DNA of 64,000 nucleotides from Candidatus Zhuqueibacterota bacterium (lineage in GTDB: Bacteria > Zhuqueibacterota > Zhuqueibacteria > Thermofontimicrobiales > Thermofontimicrobiaceae), in contig JBMOPW010000014.1 of NCBI GenBank assembly GCA_049322915.1, positions 96,001-160,000 on the forward strand, written 5' to 3'. The first letter of the stretch is position 1; each line of letters opens with the position of its first letter. Positions 59,338 to 64,000 of this stretch are shown in pieces. The position numbers were made by a program, and so were the translations under genes. The notes beneath the pieces are model-generated. The model saw only the letters and a list, made by a program, of their open reading frames with translations. It had not been told where the DNA came from and did no database searches.

Positions 59338-59558
59338 AAATCACCCCACCCTGTGTTGATAAAATACCCCTGTAGCCGCAGCCCTGACGATTGCCGCATT
59401 CCTCATGTTCGTCGCAGAGATGGCAAACAACGTGACCCGATGATTCAAGGAAATGAACCCGGGCAAAACACGAGCGGCGAAATTTGATTCAATTGGAAAT
59501 TGACCGGGATGCATGATCGGGCAGCGGCTGGAACAATTAGTACAATCGATGGAAACTG

Positions 59559-60107
59559 TTACGTCGGTGGCTGATAGCAATTCCAGCAAACCGGCGCGTA
59601 CAACTCTTTCCTCAATTCGATTTTCGGATCGTCTTTAGTAATTGGGATGCCATGTTCCTTATCGCGATAGCGCTGGGAAAAAAGAGCGGTTTGTTGTTTG
59701 CATTTTTCGCACACGCCCAGCAGCACTGTCACCTTTTCCGCGCAGCCCATCAAATCGATGATAGCGCCAAATGGTTCGGCAAAACTATTCAACTGCAATC
59801 CGGCAATGATGATATGAATTGATGATCGGTGCTTATTGCAAAAATTGATCAGATCCATTTTATCGAAAAGCTGGGCGTCGTCAATGGCCAGCGTGGCGAC
59901 ATCAGGCTCGAGGGAGGATTCAATTTCCGCGACTGATGGAACGGTGACGGCTTCGCTTTTAAAGCCGATTCGGGAGACAATTTTTTCCTGGTGAACCGGG
60001 TAAGCAAAAACCTGCACTTTCTTACCCATTAATTTTGCATCACTGATCAGTTTATACAGTAGCCAGGTTTTCCCCGCCTCCATGGCGCCGGTAATTACTT
60101 CTAACAT
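59559..60107 (-). CDS. Thymidine-kinase-fold protein with altered catalytic motif
   Basis: GAMEAGKT P-loop, IVSR.G, IDDAQL (canonical IDEAQF), AGL...F.EPF, two Zn CxxC pairs. Confidence 0.8.
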   Translation of the reverse strand: MLEVITGAMEAGKTWLLYKLISDAKLMGKKVQVFAYPVHQEKIVSRIGFKSEAVTVPSVAEIESSLEPDVATLAIDDAQLFDKMDLINFCNKHRSSIHIIIAGLQLNSFAEPFGAIIDLMGCAEKVTVLLGVCEKCKQQTALFSQRYRDKEHGIPITKDDPKIELRKELYAPVCWNCYQPPT

Positions 60108-60235
60108 AAGATCCCCAAATTAGAGTGTTAATGAACATAATAGCAGAATCTGTACCAGGCTCAACGCTTGAAAACCGAAGAAAGGCGTACTTTAGATAAT
60201 TATAGAAAGGTAAATCGATAGATGCCTGAAAGGAA

Positions 60236-60865
60236 TCAGTGACCGTGCTCTTTTAGCAGCGATCTGATTTTTGTCTTGAGCAAGTCAATTGCCACTAAAT
60301 TATAACCGCCCTCGGGAATGATAATATCGGCATAGCGTTTCGTCGGCTCGATGAATTGCAGGTGCATGGGACGAACGCTGTTCTCGTATTGTTCCAGAAT
60401 CGAATCGAGGGAACGACCGCGCTCATTCACATCGCGGCGAATTCTCCGGATGAGCCGAATGTCATCGGTCGTATCGACGAACACTTTGATATCCATGAGT
60501 TCCCGCAGTTCGGGCGTATGTAAAATGAGAATGCCTTCCAGGACGATGATGATGTGGCCGCCAACAGATTTGGTCTCAGTCTTCCGCGAATGCGATTGAA
60601 AATCGTAAATGGGCACTTCAATCGTCCGCCCGGCTAACAATCCCTTCAGATGGTCCAGAAGCAATGGCGTATCAAACGAATCAGGATGGTCGAAATTTTG
60701 CCGCGTTCGCTCTTCGAACGAAAGGTGGTTCAACTCTTTGTAATAGGAATCCTGTTGCAGGACAGTCACCTTTCTCGACCCGAGCTCTTTGAATATCCGT
60801 TCCGTAACCAGTGTCTTTCCAGAGCCGGAACCTCCGGCGATTCCGATTAAAATGACATCTTTCAT
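60236..60865 (-). CDS. udk: Uridine kinase
   Basis: GIAGGSGSGKT, DSYY, NFDHPDSFD, RRIRRDV.ERGR, IEPTKRYAD. Confidence 0.95.
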   Translation of the reverse strand: MKDVILIGIAGGSGSGKTLVTERIFKELGSRKVTVLQQDSYYKELNHLSFEERTRQNFDHPDSFDTPLLLDHLKGLLAGRTIEVPIYDFQSHSRKTETKSVGGHIIIVLEGILILHTPELRELMDIKVFVDTTDDIRLIRRIRRDVNERGRSLDSILEQYENSVRPMHLQFIEPTKRYADIIIPEGGYNLVAIDLLKTKIRSLLKEHGH

Positions 60866-60870
60866 AGAGA

Positions 60871-61278
60871 TCAGTATTTCCCCGGTAACGAGGTTTTATC
60901 AAAAACCATCGGCAGCAATGCGCTCAATTTTTCCTGTCTGAATTGTCCGAAGCGGTTGATCATCACCACATCAATGTCCCCGGCCAGATCCCATAATACC
61001 TGGCGACAGGCGCCGCAGGGCGATGTGATTTTCTCCGAGTCCGAAGCGATGTAAATGGATGTGAATTTGGTCTCGCCTTCCGAAACAGCTTTAAAGATGG
61101 CCACTCGCTCGGCGCAAATGGTCAGGCCGTACGAACTGATCTCGATATTGCAGCCGTGATACAGCCGATTCTCCGCCGTCACCAGCACCGCACCGACGCG
61201 AAATTTGGAGTAAATGGCGTATGCGCGTTCCCGGTTTTTCAAAGCGAGTTGGATGAGCTCATCTTCGGTCATGGACAA
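60871..61278 (-). CDS. cdd: Cytidine deaminase (homotetrameric type)
   Basis: YSKFRVGA, GCNIE, CAER, PCGACRQ. Confidence 0.95.
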   Translation of the reverse strand: MSMTEDELIQLALKNRERAYAIYSKFRVGAVLVTAENRLYHGCNIEISSYGLTICAERVAIFKAVSEGETKFTSIYIASDSEKITSPCGACRQVLWDLAGDIDVVMINRFGQFRQEKLSALLPMVFDKTSLPGKY

Positions 61279-61344
61279 TTCATCAGGTTGATTTTAGTCG
61301 AGTATTAATATAGGAAATTATTTATTAAAGGCAACTGTTTTAAT

Positions 61345-61375
61345 AAAAAAATCCGAGAAAATGATTTCTCGGATT
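61345..61375 (-). terminator. Intrinsic terminator after ssb
   Basis: AATCCGAGAAA-ATGA-TTTCTCGGATT with T-run on the minus strand. Confidence 0.75.
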
Positions 61376-61402
61376 AAAATGGTCCTGCTGGCAGATTGTT
61401 AA

Positions 61403-61846
61403 TTAAAACGGAAGATCGTCTTCAGCGCCTTCCTGGGGTTGAGCATCCGGTGGGAACTCGTCCGAATGAGGAGGAATTTCGCCGCTGTCCGTGGTGCGCT
61501 CGCCTTTCCCTCCTAACATTTGAAAATTTTCCACCACGACTTCGGTGGTATATCGGACGACTTCATTTTTATCCGTCCAACTCCGCGTTTCGAGCCGGCC
61601 TTCGACGAAAATCTGGCTGCCTTTCTTCAAATAGGTGTTGGCTATCTCCGCAGATTTCCGCCAGACGACAAGACGATGCCAGTCCGTTTTTTCCTGCGTG
61701 TTGCCATCCTGATCTTTCCAGACCCTATTCGTTGCCAGGCTGAAATTTGCAACGGCTGAACCGCTGGGCGTGTATTTCAATTCCGGATCCTGACCCAATC
61801 GACCGACGAGAATAACTTTGTTTACAGTGCCTTTACCCATTGCCAT
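61403..61846 (-). CDS. ssb: Single-stranded DNA-binding protein
   Basis: VNKVILVGRLGQDPE, VEGRL.TRSW, acidic tail DDLPF. Confidence 0.97.
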   Translation of the reverse strand: MAMGKGTVNKVILVGRLGQDPELKYTPSGSAVANFSLATNRVWKDQDGNTQEKTDWHRLVVWRKSAEIANTYLKKGSQIFVEGRLETRSWTDKNEVVRYTTEVVVENFQMLGGKGERTTDSGEIPPHSDEFPPDAQPQEGAEDDLPF

Positions 61847-61890
61847 AGGTAACCTCCTGAGTTAAGTTTTGGTCAATTAAAATTTAACTA

Positions 61891-61919
61891 ATTTTAACAA
61901 AAAATCACCACAATGTCAA
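61891..61919 (-). promoter_or_regulatory. Sigma-70 promoter of ssb
   Basis: Minus strand TTGACA-17 bp-TAAAAT. Confidence 0.75.
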
Positions 61920-62078
61920 GATGTTTTTTTGATTTATCTTATGTTTCGTGAAAAAACTGCATCGGAAATTTTGCTTGAAAGTTACGTTTAAAAATATTAC
62001 TTTCTGGTACTCGAAAATCATGATAGGGGGAAACAGAATCGGGTTTTCATATTTTGACCAATTTAATGCAGGTAGAAC

Positions 62079-62978
62079 ATGAAATTTTTTAGCTGTGGGC
62101 TTATCCTTTTGGTGATGATCGTGAGTTTTGCCGGCGCGGAAGAGTACGAACCGGTCACGATGATAGTGGCTAAATGGGGGAATGGGATCGGCGAGTTCGG
62201 ATTGAGACTCGAAGCAGAGGGCAATTGTCCTCAGTCAATCTCCGTGGACGCGCGAGGCAATCTGGCCATCCTCGATGCAGTGAACAGGCGGATTCAGCTC
62301 TATTCCACTCTGGGCAACTGGTTGAAAAGTATCCCTGTCACCATACAGGCGTTTGATGTGAAGTATGTCGACGATAGAATTTTCATTCTGGATCCTTATA
62401 ATTATTTCATCGAAGAATTCAATCACATTGGAAAGCATCTCCGGAAGGTTGAGATTAACCAAAAAATTGATATGATCGACGGCCTGCGATTTGATGGCAA
62501 TCAGGTGTGCATTCAGACTTATGAACAGAAGCAGTACTGTGTGGGAAGCAGTAATTCGAAGACTGTCCAGATTCAATCGGAGCGCGCCGGGTTATCCGGA
62601 AATAGTCGCGACGTTCGATTTCAAACCCGCTGGTTGAATCAACATGAGGGCGCGCTACTCATTGAAGACGACCAATCGAAAAACAACCGCACCATCCCGA
62701 TTCACTGCGATGAATCCATTGGCTCCATCATTTTTCTGGACACGGATAAATACGGTCATATTTTCATTCGGTTGGAATTGTTCGATCAAGTAGGCAAATC
62801 TATCTTTGAAATCCACAAACTGAATAGCAAGGGCGAACCTGTCTCTAAATTTCGGATTCAAAACAGCAACAGGGTGATGCCGTATCGGCCAATTGCCCTC
62901 GATAGCGAAGGCAATGTCTATTCCATGCAGATCCTGGACCATGGTTTTTTTGTGGTGAAATGGCGAGTGAAAAGGTGA
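62079..62978 (+). CDS. Secreted hypothetical protein with NHL/beta-propeller-like repeats
   Basis: Signal peptide; PQSISVDARGNLAILDAVNRRIQ and IALDSEGNVY NHL-like blades. Confidence 0.6.
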   Translation: MKFFSCGLILLVMIVSFAGAEEYEPVTMIVAKWGNGIGEFGLRLEAEGNCPQSISVDARGNLAILDAVNRRIQLYSTLGNWLKSIPVTIQAFDVKYVDDRIFILDPYNYFIEEFNHIGKHLRKVEINQKIDMIDGLRFDGNQVCIQTYEQKQYCVGSSNSKTVQIQSERAGLSGNSRDVRFQTRWLNQHEGALLIEDDQSKNNRTIPIHCDESIGSIIFLDTDKYGHIFIRLELFDQVGKSIFEIHKLNSKGEPVSKFRIQNSNRVMPYRPIALDSEGNVYSMQILDHGFFVVKWRVKR

Positions 62979-62985
62979 GCATCTC

Positions 62986-64000
62986 ATGAAAATTACATTC
63001 AGTTGTTCCGCAGTTCTACTGGTTATCATGGGCGCGGCTAATTCGCCGGCTCAAATCACACGGGATCAGATTATCACCACAGCAGAAACCTATATCGATG
63101 TGCAATGGTACTGCTCATCGGAGAATATCAACCATTCGGAATACATGGATTACGGCGGCATCCCCTGTGATTTTTCCATCGGCTGGCACACAGGCGAAGC
63201 CTATTCCTATGGCGGAAACGATAAAGTCAGCACATACCTGACTCGCATCGCGGCTGGCGACGGAGCCGGTTCCCACCTGGCTCATTATGAGGCTGCCGGC
63301 GGAACGCCGTGGTGGGCCACAGGGATAGATTGTTCCGCGTTCGTCTCGTGGTGCTGGGAAATTCCCAGGCAGAGCACACGGACGCTCCCCAATTATTCCA
63401 CTGAAATTCCCCGCGATGCATTGTTGGCCGGCGATATTTTGAATGTTCCGGCCAGTCATGTCCGACTGTTTGATAAGCGCGCAGCGGACGGCCGCCCCAT
63501 TGTGTACGAAGCTTCTGGCAGCGCCACAAAATGCGTGCATCGGACGGTGGACTGGGGCAGCTATACCCCGCTCCGGTTCAATGAACTGATGATTGCAATC
63601 CCGGAAATGATTGTAAAAAATGTCGGCAATTATTCCATTGAGGTGAGTTGGAGCGCTGTCGCCGATGCGAGCTCGTATCAGCTCTATTTCAGCACCGATG
63701 GCATCACGTACAGCGATATGGGCGCGACGACTGAATTAGCCCGCACATTCACCAATCTGTTGGATGGCCGGCAGTATTATTTCAGACTCAGCGCCCGCAA
63801 TGCACAGGGTGAAACCAGCGGCGACAGCGAAGTGCTGGGGACGCTGGTGGCCTCTGCGCCGTCGCAGATATTGATTGTCAATGGCTTCGACCGAATGTCC
63901 ACCGGGGATAACTCCCGGAATTACATCGTTCAACACGGCAAGGCGCTGGCCAGTTTGAACCAGAGTTTTGATTCGTGCTGCAATGAAGCAGTGATTCGGA
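62986..64000 (+). CDS. Secreted NlpC/P60-like cysteine hydrolase + FN3 protein, 3'-partial (absent from ORF track)
   Basis: Manual translation from ATG 62986: signal peptide, ITRDQII..A, YSYGG, GIDCSAFVSWCW, GDIL...SHVRLF..YEA, FN3 (VSWSAV...YQLY...YYFRLSA), LIVNGFDR; open to window end. Confidence 0.8.
   Translation, partial: MKITFSCSAVLLVIMGAANSPAQITRDQIITTAETYIDVQWYCSSENINHSEYMDYGGIPCDFSIGWHTGEAYSYGGNDKVSTYLTRIAAGDGAGSHLAHYEAAGGTPWWATGIDCSAFVSWCWEIPRQSTRTLPNYSTEIPRDALLAGDILNVPASHVRLFDKRAADGRPIVYEASGSATKCVHRTVDWGSYTPLRFNELMIAIPEMIVKNVGNYSIEVSWSAVADASSYQLYFSTDGITYSDMGATTELARTFTNLLDGRQYYFRLSARNAQGETSGDSEVLGTLVASAPSQILIVNGFDRMSTGDNSRNYIVQHGKALASLNQSFDSCCNEAVIR

Noticed and set aside
59341..59589. 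82-aa ORF with CxxC between the TK-like gene and PNP
   Set aside because: Overlaps the TK-like gene end, no recognisable family; likely spurious

Overview
Bacterial chromosomal window of mixed GC content. Secreted proteins with FlgD-Ig/T9SS-like C-termini suggest an FCB-group relative such as KSB1 or Calditrichota (inference only). Left arm (1-12.6 kb): CHAT protease tail, a damaged pilMN-O-P-like operon, a soluble histidine kinase with a REC-Zn-ribbon(TackOD1-like)-degenerate GGDEF regulator, and housekeeping genes (DUF2520/PanG-like, PHP phosphatase, TPR-TlpA lipoprotein, dGTPase, ECF ATPase). Centre (13-53.5 kb): a sensor-less sigma-54 activator, a repeat-rich secreted Ig/FN3 protein behind a sigma-54-type promoter, then a ~35 kb surface-polysaccharide locus. 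That locus holds an SLBB exporter, Wzz/Wzc-like, Wzi, Wbp-like sugar enzymes, two flippases, two ligase/polymerases, two WecA-like initiators and several GTs. Embedded in it is a ~1950-aa C25 (PorU/gingipain-like) cysteine peptidase with two ILEI/GG-lectin domains. The locus also carries several MITEs (three enclosing REP-type palindromes) and a wrecked type II R-M system whose middle is occupied by a PD-(D/E)XK nuclease gene. Right arm (minus strand): exbD-exbB-tonB, MBL hydrolase, cutA, thiamine-binding protein, TPR protein, nucleoside salvage genes (PNP, atypical TK, udk, cdd) and ssb; then, divergently, a secreted protein and a partial NlpC/P60-FN3 protein. Top hypothesis: a C25-sortase/glycan/CTD-cargo/sigma-54 module analogous to exosortase/PEP-CTERM EPS systems. 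No rRNA, tRNA or CRISPR array was seen. All family calls come from motif recognition by eye, not database searches.
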